Source: Thiotrichaceae bacterium UBA973
GTDB taxonomy: Bacteria; Pseudomonadota; Gammaproteobacteria; Eutrophobiales; Eutrophobiaceae
NCBI GenBank assembly: GCA_002292815.1
Contig: DBBX01000018.1
Span: forward strand, 61,209 to 125,208
Direction of reading: 5' to 3'
Length of the DNA stretch: 64,000 nucleotides
Translations under genes and position numbers: made by a program
Notes under the pieces: generated by a model
Seen by the model: only the letters and a program-made list of their open reading frames with translations
Told to the model about the DNA's origin: nothing
Database searches by the model: none
Shown here: positions 17,096 to 28,196 of the stretch, piece after piece
How the letters are laid out: each line of letters starts with the position of its first letter
How positions within the stretch are numbered: position 1 is the stretch's first letter

Positions 17096-19171
17096 TTATC
17101 CTTGTAGTTTAGAAATATCTGCCGTTTCCAGAAACAATGAATTTAACTTGCTAAGTAATGCCAGGCGATTATTTTTAATATCATCATCGTCACACATCAC
17201 CATTACATTATCAAAAAAACTATCTACGCTTTCACGTAAGCCAGCTAATTCAGTCAATGCAGACTTATAATCTCGTTCTTTGATCATCGGCACCACTTTT
17301 TGCTGATATTCCTTTAATGTAGAGGCCAGCAAGATTTCAGATTCCTCAGCTAGCAAGTTGTCATTTACTTCCAAGGTATTATTAAAGTCAGATTTCTTAA
17401 GTATATTACTAATGCGTTTATTTGCCGCGGCCAGACTTTCTGCTTCGGCCAGTTTTCTAAATTCAGTCACTGCGGTGAGTCGATGATGAAAATCTAGTGG
17501 CTTGCTAGAGTTTATCGCGAGTACTGATTCAAAAGCATCATTACTCACACCCGCATCAAGATAATACCTGCGTAAACGTTCCATCAAAAATTTAAAGACA
17601 TCGCTAGTAATTTCTTTCGCCTTAATCTTGGATGGGTAATTTGAGGCTGCTAAATCGAGTAATTCATTTAAATCAATATCGATTTCGCATTCGATGATAA
17701 TACGTAGTAAGCCAATGGCGGAACGACGTAGCCCAAAAGGATCTTTATCACCAGTCGGTGCCTTGCCAATAGAAAATATACCTACCAAGGTGTCAATCTT
17801 TTCGCTTATCGCTAAACATTGACCCAGAGTAGTTGATGGTAGATTATCACCTGCAAATCTAGGTTGGTAATATTCTTCTAAGGCGATAGTAACGTCAGCA
17901 TCTTCACCATCAGCTTGTGCATAGTATTTCCCCATGGTGCCTTGTAATGCAGGAAACTCGCAGACCATTTCAGTCAACAGATCACAGAAGCATAATTGAG
18001 CAGCACGTTTGGCATTATTGGCATCTAGATTTAAAGGTTTTACCAAACTTAAAACAATATTGTTCAGGCGTTCAGACTTTTCGTGCAAAGTCCCCAGTTG
18101 TTTCTGGTAAACAACTTTATTTAATCCATCAATATGCTTTGCTAAGCCATTCTTTAGGTCTCGCTCCCAGAAAAATGCAGCGTCGCTAAGCCTGGGTTGA
18201 ATAACGCGTTCATTGCCCTGTTTTATAAAGACGGGTTGTTTACTTTCAATATTTGTTACACAAATGAAAGAGGCGAGTAATTCTTTTTGTTTATCAAGTA
18301 TAGGAAAATACTTTTGGTGGTCTTGCATGCTGGCAATCAAAACTTCTTTCGGCAACTTGAGAAAGTCCGGGTTAAAGTTGCCAATAAAACTGATGGGCCA
18401 TTCCACCAACGCAGTGACTTCATCAAGTAAGTCAGGATCAATGACTGCGATTCCATTATTCTTTGCCGCTACTTTTTCAACTTGATCTTTAATCAAGGAA
18501 TGCCGTTCATTGTAATCAACCAAAACCTTCCCGTTTTGTTTTAATGTTTTAGCATAATCAGCAGCTTGTTTAATAATGATCGCTTCAGGATGATGAAAAC
18601 GATGACCATAGCTATAGTTACCTGATTTAACGCCCATTATCTCGCAGTCAATAGTTTCTGTTCCCAGCAATAACAGCACCCACTTGATTGGCCGAACGAA
18701 TTCAAAATCGTTATTTCCCCAGCGCATACGTTTTGCAATAGGTAGGCGTTTTAATGCCATGTTGATCGTGTCAGGGATTAACTCTTGTGTTTGTTTACCC
18801 TTGACTAAAGTATCAAAAACCAGCCAGCTGCCTTTTTCGGTTTCCTGTTTTTCCAATTGCTCGACTGCAACGCCACATGATTTGGCAAATCCTTCAGTTG
18901 CTCGAGTCGGTTTTCCATCATCATCAAATGCAGCACTAATGGCTGGGCCTCGACGTTGTTGCTGCTTGTCCGACTGACTTATATCTAACTGCTTAATTAT
19001 TACGGCGAGTCTTCGTGGTGATGCAAGCCAACTTGTTTCGATAAAATCTAAATCATTATCTTTAAGTGCAGCGCAAATTTCCTGATGAAAAGCAGTCGCA
19101 AGTCGTTTTAGAGACTTCGGCGGTAACTCTTCAGTGCCGATCTCGATTAATAAATCCTGTTTCTTACTCAT
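17096..19171 (-). CDS. glyS: glycine--tRNA ligase beta subunit
   Basis: 691 aa, canonical GlyS N-terminus (LLIEIGTEELPPK). Confidence 0.95.
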   Translation of the reverse strand: MSKKQDLLIEIGTEELPPKSLKRLATAFHQEICAALKDNDLDFIETSWLASPRRLAVIIKQLDISQSDKQQQRRGPAISAAFDDDGKPTRATEGFAKSCGVAVEQLEKQETEKGSWLVFDTLVKGKQTQELIPDTINMALKRLPIAKRMRWGNNDFEFVRPIKWVLLLLGTETIDCEIMGVKSGNYSYGHRFHHPEAIIIKQAADYAKTLKQNGKVLVDYNERHSLIKDQVEKVAAKNNGIAVIDPDLLDEVTALVEWPISFIGNFNPDFLKLPKEVLIASMQDHQKYFPILDKQKELLASFICVTNIESKQPVFIKQGNERVIQPRLSDAAFFWERDLKNGLAKHIDGLNKVVYQKQLGTLHEKSERLNNIVLSLVKPLNLDANNAKRAAQLCFCDLLTEMVCEFPALQGTMGKYYAQADGEDADVTIALEEYYQPRFAGDNLPSTTLGQCLAISEKIDTLVGIFSIGKAPTGDKDPFGLRRSAIGLLRIIIECEIDIDLNELLDLAASNYPSKIKAKEITSDVFKFLMERLRRYYLDAGVSNDAFESVLAINSSKPLDFHHRLTAVTEFRKLAEAESLAAANKRISNILKKSDFNNTLEVNDNLLAEESEILLASTLKEYQQKVVPMIKERDYKSALTELAGLRESVDSFFDNVMVMCDDDDIKNNRLALLSKLNSLFLETADISKLQG

Positions 19172-19184
19172 TAGTTTATTTGTA

Positions 19185-20108
19185 TTATTGTTTCAGTAGT
19201 GGGAAGCCTAATGATTCACGACTTTCATAGTAGGCTTGAGCAACAGCACGCGCGAGTGTTCTGACACGTAATATGTAGCGCTGCCGTTCGGTGACCGAGA
19301 TAGCGCCGCGGGCATCGAGTAAGTTAAAGGCGTGTGATGCCTTCATAGTCATTTCATAAGCGGGTATTGGCAGACCTGCTTCGATCAGGTCTTGAGATTC
19401 CTGCTCATAGTTATCAAACCAGTTAAATAATGCTTCAGTGTTGGCCTGTTCAAAATTATAACGTGACATCTCTACTTCATTTTGATGATAAATATCACCA
19501 TAGGTGACGATATTCTGGTCATCTTGTGTCCAAATCAGGTCAAAGACATTGCTGCAATCTTGTAGACACATGGCGATACGTTCCAGGCCATATGTCATTT
19601 CACCTGTTACTGGTTTGCAATCTAAACCACCGACCTGCTGGAAATAGGTAAATTGGCTGATTTCCATGCCATCTAACCAGACTTCCCAGCCTAGGCCCCA
19701 GGCCCCGAGCGTTGGCGATTCCCAGTTATCTTCTACAAAACGGATGTCATGCACCTCGGAATCAATCCCGATTGCCTTTAGTGAATCCAGATAAAGCTGC
19801 TGAATATCATCTGGCGAAGGCTTGAGCAATACCTGGAATTGATAGTAATGCTGTAGACGATTCGGGTTTTCACCATAGCGCCCATCAGTAGGTCGTCTAG
19901 AAGGCTGAACATAGGCGGCGCGCCATGGTTCAGGGCCAATAGCACGCAGGAATGTGGCCGGATGGAAGGTTCCTGCGCCCATTTCCATGTCATAGGGCTG
20001 CATTATTACGCAACCCAAGCCAGACCAGTATCGCTGTATTTCAAAGATCAGTTGTTGGAAGCTCAGTGGCGTTCCGAAATCTCTATTTTGTTTTTTATCT
20101 TGAGCCAT
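19185..20108 (-). CDS. glyQ: glycine--tRNA ligase alpha subunit
   Basis: 307 aa, highly conserved GlyQ sequence ([13 protein letters not shown]...). Confidence 0.95.
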   Translation of the reverse strand: MAQDKKQNRDFGTPLSFQQLIFEIQRYWSGLGCVIMQPYDMEMGAGTFHPATFLRAIGPEPWRAAYVQPSRRPTDGRYGENPNRLQHYYQFQVLLKPSPDDIQQLYLDSLKAIGIDSEVHDIRFVEDNWESPTLGAWGLGWEVWLDGMEISQFTYFQQVGGLDCKPVTGEMTYGLERIAMCLQDCSNVFDLIWTQDDQNIVTYGDIYHQNEVEMSRYNFEQANTEALFNWFDNYEQESQDLIEAGLPIPAYEMTMKASHAFNLLDARGAISVTERQRYILRVRTLARAVAQAYYESRESLGFPLLKQ

Positions 20109-20639
20109 TAATTTTAACCATTTTGGGAGGCAGAATTATAGCGTGTGTGACCGCTGATGTGTATGGAGTGATCTTATCAATATCAATTCTGGGAATATGT
20201 TCGGAATGCCGACAAACAGGATAAGCAAGTAATCAAATTTTAGACAATAACGTGTGAGATATATAGCTATTAACATTCACGAAAAGATACATTGGCATGC
20301 CCTGATAGGTAAGCTTAATACCTGCCCCATCACTTATTACCGCACGGTATTGGTGATTTTGGTACTGCTTATTCTTCACTTAGTTATCTCAGACGGTCAC
20401 CATTTTCAAAGTTAAAGATTGATCAAAGTTTTATAGGTGAAATCATGCATTGTTAATGCGGTTATCGTATTGGCGCAGAATTTGGACTTATAAGTTTTGA
20501 GCAAAAGGTTGAAGATTAAAAAGCAGCTTGAATATCTAACAAAGCATGATTGTGATGTTTTCAGGGCTATTATTATAGCCGGCTTTTAGCAGCTTATGGA
20601 TTCTAACAGTGGGTAAAGCAGCATTAGGTAGAAGTGATC

Positions 20640-20680
20640 AATAAAAAATCAGCCAAGCTAGTTAACTTATTCTGATTTTA
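20640..20680 (-). terminator. possible rho-independent terminator overlapping the DUF4340 gene stop
   Basis: aaaatcag/ctgatttt inverted repeat with a U-run on the minus strand. Confidence 0.35.
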
Positions 20681-21740
20681 CAGAACTCTTGTCATTACGC
20701 ATGATGCTATCAGATCGTTTTTTGATGACATCATATTTGAAAGGAGGAATCTCGTACCACCAATTCAATGTTTGCGCATTCATATTCGCAACATAAGCTT
20801 TCACACCATCAATTTTTTCTTGATCTTCATCACCCGCAAGCAGGCTCTCATCAAATCTGAATTCAAACGAACCATAAGGTATATCGTCATGCTCAAAGGC
20901 AACAAGCTCGACAACAGTACCTTCGAAGGTGTGGATTAATACATTAATACTGTTTTCCTGTTTCTGCAGCTTTTCTTTAGACCGGGCACCATTGATTTGG
21001 ATGTCCTGTAAGATGCTTCCATAACGAGAAATAATAAGCTCTGAGGCCAGCTTTTTGCCAGATGGCAGGTTTTCCAGGCTAAATTTTTCTTGTCCTTTTT
21101 CATTTTTAAACAAGGTGTAGGTATCGCCATCTGCATGTTCAACACGAACAGCCCTAATTGCTTCAGCAGGTATGTCGAATAATGAACGTTCAATCCAGTC
21201 AGTCTTGGAAGAGGTTATGTCGACAACACCATCTACTAAATAAGATTGCTCATCATCAGGCTTGCGAATATATAAACCAGGAGTACTTTGAGACGCGCTG
21301 CTGAGACGTAGCTTACCGACAATCATCTCAACAATATTCTTTCTTTCAGCATCTTTAAGTGACAGCAATAAAGATGTTGAGTCTTCAACTTCTGGACCTT
21401 CTACACCAAGACGGTTATAAAGTCTCGGTAGTGTTGTTTTCGCAGCATTAATCTTTAAATCAGCTGCACCAAGCACGGTGCTTTTTACTTTGTCTGGTAA
21501 CGCAGGATAGCCATCAAATTCATCAATCACCCATGTATCATTTATACGCGAGAGATTGACTGAACCAGCATAGCCTTTAATTGATATGTGGTTTATCGCT
21601 TCTATCTCTGAAGACAGGCCTGGAAAGAAAGCGGCTCTCTCTTTTCCTGATTGAGGTGCGCGAAGTTTAACGAATACTGACGCAGCAATAATAACTACAA
21701 CAGTGACAAGGGCGAATACAATGAGTTTATTTTTAAACAT
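20667..21740 (-). CDS. DUF4340 domain protein (accessory component of a GldG-type ABC system)
   Basis: N-terminal TM anchor; last gene of the 4-gene ABC/GldG cluster. Confidence 0.7.
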   Translation of the reverse strand: MFKNKLIVFALVTVVVIIAASVFVKLRAPQSGKERAAFFPGLSSEIEAINHISIKGYAGSVNLSRINDTWVIDEFDGYPALPDKVKSTVLGAADLKINAAKTTLPRLYNRLGVEGPEVEDSTSLLLSLKDAERKNIVEMIVGKLRLSSASQSTPGLYIRKPDDEQSYLVDGVVDITSSKTDWIERSLFDIPAEAIRAVRVEHADGDTYTLFKNEKGQEKFSLENLPSGKKLASELIISRYGSILQDIQINGARSKEKLQKQENSINVLIHTFEGTVVELVAFEHDDIPYGSFEFRFDESLLAGDEDQEKIDGVKAYVANMNAQTLNWWYEIPPFKYDVIKKRSDSIMRNDKSSVKSE

Positions 21741-21753
21741 AGGTGTTGTTTGT

Positions 21754-23643
21754 TTACGTTCTTCTGTTTGCTCGGTAAATTCCGATGAATAAGGCCATTA
21801 GTGTTATTAATAATGGGATTAATCCGATATTTATAAAGCGCAATTGCGCACCAAGTTTTTCAATATTCTTTTTAAGCTCGTGTTGTACGCCACGTAATTC
21901 TTTTCTGGTGGCCACACGCTCACTTCTGAATTTTTCAATTTCTGCTGATAATTCATTATTTAACAAGTAAGATTTTTCACCACCTTGCTCTTGTTGTAAC
22001 TGGCGTATTTTTTTCTCAGTCTCATCTAAGCTTGCTTGTAACTCGGTTTCGCGTTCGCGAAATTCTGCTTCTGCTTCCCTGCGAATTTGGTCTACCATTT
22101 CAAATGGGCGGGAATATTTTTCGCGTCCGCGCAGACTGATTAGATCAGTATTTCCAGCAAGATTTTCAATACTGTTCATGACGAAGTCGCCATTATTAGC
22201 GATTGGTTGTGGTACAGCGACGCCAAACATTTCTTGAGAACGAATCCAGAAATGGTCTGCCATTATATCTGTGTCAGCTACCAGAATAAGGTTTAGCTCA
22301 CCCTCATTGACAAATTTCGGGTCTACGAATTTTTCAGCTTCTGCATCTTTTGCAGGTTTTCCCTCTGGAAAGTAACTTTTTGCCTTGCCGTTAATTCTTG
22401 CAGCAATAAGCATCTTCCTGTCTTCTGATTTGAAATTGCTCATGATGATATTCGGGTCACGTTGGAACAGTAATAAATCGCGTTCAAGTTTTGTTGATTG
22501 TTCAGATGTTTCTATCAACGGGGTAATGGTCAAACCTTTATCTTCTATGATCTCCAAAGAGCCCACAGTACCCATATGTATCAGGTTTAATTCACTGGTA
22601 GAGAAATCGTCTGCATTAAAATTCTTTTCAGTCATTCTTAACCAAGGAAGGTAATCGACACCTTGTGGATTACGTGGATCATCTGATTGCACACGCATAG
22701 CGGCATTGATGTCGCCAACAACCTTCTGTTTACTCATCTCCAGACCCCAAAGTTCTAGTAACTCTGGCAAGTATGATTCGATGTCGGGTACTACGTTTGG
22801 GTTGCCTGGGTCAGGTCGTGTTTGATCAAGTTCAGCAATTGGGTCTATAAAAATTATCGCTTTACCGCCACGTAAGAGATATTGATCAATTGCGTACAGA
22901 ACATCATTTTCTAGTTTTTTAGGATGAACCAGCATCAATACATCTATGTTATCTACATTGATGCTCTCAACCAGTGTGTCCGGGTTTTGGGACAGGTTGT
23001 GAACCTCAAAAGAATCTTGCAGTGCACTAATAATTGTCCAGTCACGTCCGTCCGGATCACCGGTGGTAGCCATAATCGGCAATTGAGACACTAGACCCAC
23101 CTTGCGTTTCTCAGGATAAGCCAAGTCAAAAATCATCTTGGTTATATCGTACTCAAGCGCAGACTCACGATTGGTCTGGAAAAAAGGAATCACCTTTTCA
23201 TCATCAGTTGAGTTGGTGCCGACGATGCCAAAATAGGCTCTATCGCCAGCAGAATTTGCTGATACAGTTCGCAGACCACTGGCGACAGCTTGGTCTTCAG
23301 CTTCAGAAAATGTATCTGGCTCGATAATATTAAGAATTAACTTTCCATTCGCATGGGTGGCAAATTCTTCCAGCATATCTCTAACGCGAGCACCATAATT
23401 AACCAATAACGGGAATTCACTCATAGCCTTCTGCGAGAAATAAAAATCAAGCTGAACCGGTTCTTCCAGATTGTTGAGAATGTTTTTTGTGCCTTCGGAG
23501 AGGGTAAACAATTTACTTTCTGTTAAATCAATACGCCATGTAGTCAGTGCAGTATTTGCAAGGATGATGGTGGCAACAAATAAACAGGTCGCTAATATCA
23601 AACCGCTACCTGAAACAAACTTACTTTTTAGTGAGACATTCAT
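21754..23643 (-). CDS. GldG-like ABC transporter auxiliary component (Gldg family)
   Basis: 629 aa with N- and C-terminal TM helices, large periplasmic domain, C-terminal coiled coil; sits between the ABC-2 permease and DUF4340. Confidence 0.75.
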   Translation of the reverse strand: MNVSLKSKFVSGSGLILATCLFVATIILANTALTTWRIDLTESKLFTLSEGTKNILNNLEEPVQLDFYFSQKAMSEFPLLVNYGARVRDMLEEFATHANGKLILNIIEPDTFSEAEDQAVASGLRTVSANSAGDRAYFGIVGTNSTDDEKVIPFFQTNRESALEYDITKMIFDLAYPEKRKVGLVSQLPIMATTGDPDGRDWTIISALQDSFEVHNLSQNPDTLVESINVDNIDVLMLVHPKKLENDVLYAIDQYLLRGGKAIIFIDPIAELDQTRPDPGNPNVVPDIESYLPELLELWGLEMSKQKVVGDINAAMRVQSDDPRNPQGVDYLPWLRMTEKNFNADDFSTSELNLIHMGTVGSLEIIEDKGLTITPLIETSEQSTKLERDLLLFQRDPNIIMSNFKSEDRKMLIAARINGKAKSYFPEGKPAKDAEAEKFVDPKFVNEGELNLILVADTDIMADHFWIRSQEMFGVAVPQPIANNGDFVMNSIENLAGNTDLISLRGREKYSRPFEMVDQIRREAEAEFRERETELQASLDETEKKIRQLQQEQGGEKSYLLNNELSAEIEKFRSERVATRKELRGVQHELKKNIEKLGAQLRFINIGLIPLLITLMALFIGIYRANRRT

Positions 23644-23645
23644 GA

Positions 23646-24380
23646 CTAACTTGCCTTCTTTGCTTCAATAACGACAACGTTAACGTATAACCAGAATATG
23701 ATTAATGCGCTAAAGTAAATTACATCGCGGATATCGATTACACCTTTCTTAATCGAGGTGAAATGAGTTAAAAAGCTAAATGATGCAATAGCATCCAGTA
23801 CCGCTTGTGGAGCCCAGCTTTGAAATATGTCCAGTACCATCGGGAAGCCACTCAGTATGAACATGAAGCAAATTACGACACTAATAACGAATGAGATAAC
23901 CTGACTTTTAGTAAGTGCTGATATACATGAGCCAATCGCAAGAAAGCCCCCGGCCATAATCAGGCTGCCTATATAGCTGGCGAGGATAACGGTATTGTCA
24001 GGACTACCAAGATAATTAACGGTAATCCACATTGGGAAAGTTAATGCTAGCGCAACGGCTGTAAAGCTCCATGCCGCGAGGTATTTTCCTATCACAGCGT
24101 CGGTAATTGATACCGGTAAGGTCATTAATAATTCAATGGTGCCACTTTTACGTTCATCTGACCAAAGACGCATGGAGATGGCCGGTATTAGAAATAGATA
24201 AAGCCAAGGGTGAAATCGAAAAAAGGGTTCCAGATCGGCCTGATTGGTTTCAAAAAAAGCACCAATATAAAAAGCAAAAATACCGGTCAGGAATAAAAAG
24301 ATGACGATAAAGACATAGGCGACCGGCGTTACAAAATAACTGGCGAATTCACGTTTATAAATAGAATACATGGGGCTCAT
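23646..24380 (-). CDS. ABC-2 family transporter permease
   Basis: Six TM helices, 244 aa; 4-bp overlap with the ATPase gene. Confidence 0.75.
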   Translation of the reverse strand: MSPMYSIYKREFASYFVTPVAYVFIVIFLFLTGIFAFYIGAFFETNQADLEPFFRFHPWLYLFLIPAISMRLWSDERKSGTIELLMTLPVSITDAVIGKYLAAWSFTAVALALTFPMWITVNYLGSPDNTVILASYIGSLIMAGGFLAIGSCISALTKSQVISFVISVVICFMFILSGFPMVLDIFQSWAPQAVLDAIASFSFLTHFTSIKKGVIDIRDVIYFSALIIFWLYVNVVVIEAKKAS

Positions 24381-25132
24381 GGTGCTGCTGTCTCCCGGTT
24401 TTCATCCGCACTGGAAGTTGTAATAACGCGGAAGGCATGCTCAATATCACTACGATCTGATTTTGCGATTAGTTCAGCGGGTGTGCCATCAAATAATATA
24501 TCACCAGAGGCAATAATGATTGCACGTGAACAAACAGCATCAACTTCTTCAAGAATATGTGTGGAAATGACAATCGCCTTGTCTTCTGACATTTCCTTGA
24601 TCAAGTTTCTAACCTCATGCTTTTGATTTGGATCAAGACCATCAGTAGGTTCATCAAGGATTAATACACTAGGATCATGCAGGATGGCCTGTGCGATTCC
24701 GACACGGCGTTTAAAGCCTTTTGACAGGGTTTCGATACTTTGGTCGATGACGTGTTTTATATTAATGATGTCGACAACTTCATCGATACGCTTTTGGCGG
24801 CTGCTACCAGTTAATTGTCGAACATCGGCAATAAAGTTGAGAAAACTTTTGACGGTCATCTCACCATAAGCTGGCGCACCTTCAGGTAAATAGCCTACAG
24901 AACGTTTAACGGCTATAGGGTTCTCCCGCACATCAAAACCATTTACCTCAACCGTGCCGCTGGTAGGTTCGAGAAAACCGGTGATCATTTTCATTGTTGT
25001 AGATTTACCGGCGCCATTAGGGCCTAGAAAACCTAGAACTTCACCATGATTTACGTCAAACGAGACTCCGCGTACCGCATGTATCGGGCCGAATGACTTC
25101 GTCAACGATTTTACTTTTATCGTTACAGGCAT
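24377..25132 (-). CDS. ABC transporter ATP-binding protein
   Basis: Walker A GPNGAGKST, signature LSKGFKRRV, Walker B ILDEPT. Confidence 0.9.
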   Translation of the reverse strand: MPVTIKVKSLTKSFGPIHAVRGVSFDVNHGEVLGFLGPNGAGKSTTMKMITGFLEPTSGTVEVNGFDVRENPIAVKRSVGYLPEGAPAYGEMTVKSFLNFIADVRQLTGSSRQKRIDEVVDIINIKHVIDQSIETLSKGFKRRVGIAQAILHDPSVLILDEPTDGLDPNQKHEVRNLIKEMSEDKAIVISTHILEEVDAVCSRAIIIASGDILFDGTPAELIAKSDRSDIEHAFRVITTSSADENRETAAP

Positions 25133-25358
25133 GATTATTTACTCAGGTACCTTCTAATTACGTCAATTATTCTTATATATGACTATTGCAGCTATATATC
25201 TAGCTCTCAGTCGAGTTTTACAGTTTTCCCCTAAGGGATTTTTATATGCTCGTCTCTGCGAGGTGCACTATTGTGCATAAAAATAACGCATCGTCAATTC
25301 TTGATTGATAGACAACCAAACGATTAGGCAGTTCCCAAGTTAGATGATGGTGGATAAA

Positions 25359-26225
25359 TTAATTTAAATTATTTTGTTTAAGACGAAACAACGCTGAAAT
25401 ATCCTCGTCACCAAAACCTTCATCCATCAGGCGTTGGTAATGTAAAAGGGTCATTTCGATGATGGGCAAGGCATTCTCACTGATGGATTTTGTCATGGAC
25501 TGACAAATTGAAAGGTCTTTATGATGCAATGCCAGTTTAAATCCGGGTTCATAAATCCCTGCCAGCATAGTTTTGCCACGATGATCTAAAAACCAGTTGC
25601 CAGCTGCACCAGTTGAGACGATGTCGACCACCTTATCCATAGGTAAATCCATCGCCTGACCAAAGGCCAGTGCTTCGGTCACCGCTTGATTAATCCCTGC
25701 GGCCATAATTTGATTTACGGCTTTGGTCGCTTGACCTGATCCGGTAGCACCAATAAAAACAATGTTGCCTGCTATGGAATCAAGTGTGGGACGTGCTTTT
25801 TCTAAAATGGCTTCATCACCCCCAACCATCATTGCCAAGCTGCCATTCTTTGCACCTTCAACGCCACCGGAAACAGGGCAATCAAGAAAATGGGCGTCAC
25901 ATTCTTGCAATAATGCCGCAGCCTGTTTAGCTGTATCCGAACTAACTGTAGAAGTATCAACAATAATAGTTCCTGCATTGGTGTCAGTCTTTATTGAGTT
26001 AATCATCTCCAGCACATCTTCATCGCGCGAAACGCATACAATAATAAGCTCACATTGTTTTGCTAAATCGGCGGGCGACAGTGAGATTGAACAGCCGCAT
26101 TCCTTTGCAATAGATTCTGCTGTCGATAATGTTCGGTTAAAAACGGTAACTAGATGACCCGCGCTAGCAAGATTTCGGGCCATATTTGCGCCCATTGCAC
26201 CTAAACCAATGACACCTGTCTTCAT
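25359..26225 (-). CDS. NAD(P)-dependent 3-hydroxyisobutyrate dehydrogenase-family oxidoreductase
   Basis: MKTGVIGLGAMGANMARNL dinucleotide-binding N-terminus; start chosen at 26225 (the ORF-track N-terminal extension is unlikely). Confidence 0.8.
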   Translation of the reverse strand: MKTGVIGLGAMGANMARNLASAGHLVTVFNRTLSTAESIAKECGCSISLSPADLAKQCELIIVCVSRDEDVLEMINSIKTDTNAGTIIVDTSTVSSDTAKQAAALLQECDAHFLDCPVSGGVEGAKNGSLAMMVGGDEAILEKARPTLDSIAGNIVFIGATGSGQATKAVNQIMAAGINQAVTEALAFGQAMDLPMDKVVDIVSTGAAGNWFLDHRGKTMLAGIYEPGFKLALHHKDLSICQSMTKSISENALPIIEMTLLHYQRLMDEGFGDEDISALFRLKQNNLN

Positions 26226-26391
26226 TACTATTCTCCAATAATTAGTTTTTCTTTGATAGATGACCTCCATCGAAGGCGGAAATATTGGCACCCATATAGT
26301 AGGCACTTTAAGCGATGCAGGACGCCTGCATGGCGGTAGGTGTTAGATAATGTCAGGAACATATTATCTAGTAATTACTAGTCCTCAGTCT

Positions 26392-27804
26392 CTATTTTGA
26401 ATGTTCATAATGTTTAGCGATGATCTCTGCTACGCAACACGTTAATTTTTTTGCAGTCGGTATATGCAGAAATTCATTCGGCCCATGTGCATTAGAACCC
26501 GGACCAAGCACACCCGTAATCAGGAATTGCGCATTGGGAAATTTTTCACCGAGCATTCCCATAAACGGAATTGACCAACCTTCACCTATATGAACCGCTG
26601 GTTTATTAAAATAGTTTAGCGATGCTTCATCCATTGCTTGCTCCAACCAAGGCGCAACTTCTGGAGCCATCCAGCCGCTAGCAGCCCAATCGGGCTCAAA
26701 ACTGATCTTAGAGCCATAGGGCGGGTTTGTTAATAGAAGCTCTTCAAGTTTTTTAATTGCAAATTCAGCATCACAAGTGGGTGGTAGCCGCATTGAAAGC
26801 TTTATAGAAGTTGAAGGGCGCATGACATTCCCTGCTGATTCAATATCAGGTAGGCCAGCCGCACCAATATAAGATAGTGCTGGTCGCCAGCTTCGGTTCA
26901 GGATCAACTCAACCGGATCTTCATCCATAGGACGCATATCTTCTTTCATAGGAAAACGCGTAAAAATGTTTTTACCCATCATCTCTGCAGCGAGTTTTGC
27001 CTGTTTCATTCGTTTTTCAGGAATCTCTGCATAAAATTCATCGGCGAGTATTTTTCCGCTTGCAGGATCTTCAAGTCGATCCAGCAATTGTCGAAGAATG
27101 CGAAAACTGGAAGGCACAATGCCGCTGGCATCACCCGAATGAATGCCTTCATTCAAGACATCAACAGTTAATGTTCCGCCAATCAAACCACGTAGCGAAG
27201 TTGTAGACCACAATTGCTCATAATTCCCACATCCAGAGTCGAGACAGACGATTAGCTCCGGTGTGCCGATACGATCAGAGAGATGATCAATATAATAAGG
27301 CAGGTCATAGCTGCCACTTTCTTCACAGGCCTCTATTATGACAACGCAGCGAGCGTGGGACACACCTTGTTTTTGCAATGTCTTGATGGCCAGTAACGAT
27401 GCGAAAGTGGCATAGCCATCGTCAGCGCCACCACGGCCATAAAGCTTGTCATCCTCTAACACCGGTTGCCACGGACCGAGTCCGTCTCGCCAGCCCGACA
27501 TCTCGGGTTGCTTATCTAAATGGCCATAGAGCAGAACGGTATTATCAATTTCACCAGCTATCTCCATATAAATGAGCGGAGTTCGGTTTGGCAGCTGAAC
27601 TACTTCCAGCGACAATCCTTTTATGCTTTGATTTTCACACCAGCTAGAAAACTGCGTAACCACTTGATCCATATAGCCATTCTCTAGCCAGTCAGGATCA
27701 AATGCAGGTGATTTATTTGGTATGCGGATGTATTCAATCAGCTCGGGAACAACAGATGATTCCCATTTTTCTGAGCAATAAGACTCAGTTAATTGTTTAT
27801 TCAT
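26392..27804 (-). CDS. M20-family metallodipeptidase
   Basis: 470 aa; GHLDKQP, GRGGADDG and catalytic E/H/D pattern of M20A dipeptidases. Confidence 0.8.
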   Translation of the reverse strand: MNKQLTESYCSEKWESSVVPELIEYIRIPNKSPAFDPDWLENGYMDQVVTQFSSWCENQSIKGLSLEVVQLPNRTPLIYMEIAGEIDNTVLLYGHLDKQPEMSGWRDGLGPWQPVLEDDKLYGRGGADDGYATFASLLAIKTLQKQGVSHARCVVIIEACEESGSYDLPYYIDHLSDRIGTPELIVCLDSGCGNYEQLWSTTSLRGLIGGTLTVDVLNEGIHSGDASGIVPSSFRILRQLLDRLEDPASGKILADEFYAEIPEKRMKQAKLAAEMMGKNIFTRFPMKEDMRPMDEDPVELILNRSWRPALSYIGAAGLPDIESAGNVMRPSTSIKLSMRLPPTCDAEFAIKKLEELLLTNPPYGSKISFEPDWAASGWMAPEVAPWLEQAMDEASLNYFNKPAVHIGEGWSIPFMGMLGEKFPNAQFLITGVLGPGSNAHGPNEFLHIPTAKKLTCCVAEIIAKHYEHSK

Positions 27805-27937
27805 AGGTATTTGTTAAGGGTCTTCTTAAATTACTGAGATATAGATCGAAAAAGGATTTTTGCATAGTTTTATTTTATCTGACAATGCCTATAGTATATA
27901 AGGTGTAACACATTATAAATAAAAGGGGAGTGGAACT

Positions 27938-28168
27938 ATGTTTTCTGTTATTAGAAATATAAGTTTGGGAATGATATTGGGCCTAGGGTTAACCGCTTGC
28001 GGTGATGATGATAAAGCTATGCCGGCCGCAAATGATACTGCAGCAGCACCAGCACCAGCCGCAGCGCCTGCATCAGGTGAAGATGACATTTTCTCATCTT
28101 TGAACATTGAAAAAGCAGAAGGTGTTATCTATCAAGATGAGATCTATGCTAACTGGCCTTATAACTAG
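27938..28168 (+). CDS. small lipoprotein (76 aa) sharing N-terminal module and IYxNWPY motif with the downstream cytochrome c lipoprotein
   Basis: Lipobox LTAC; Ala/Pro-rich linker; C-terminal VIYQDEIYANWPYN, paralogous to VVYQEEIYKNWPYT in the next gene. Confidence 0.55.
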   Translation: MFSVIRNISLGMILGLGLTACGDDDKAMPAANDTAAAPAPAAAPASGEDDIFSSLNIEKAEGVIYQDEIYANWPYN

Positions 28169-28196
28169 ATAGTAAAGATTTGGAGTTTTTGTAAGG

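Noticed and set aside
25233-25246. Palindrome TGCACTATTGTGCA upstream of the ABC ATPase gene as a third copy of the ntrB-type operator
   Set aside because: It shares the GCAC/GTGC arms and a TAT core but has N4 rather than N7 spacing, so it cannot be bound in the same geometry; possibly unrelated.
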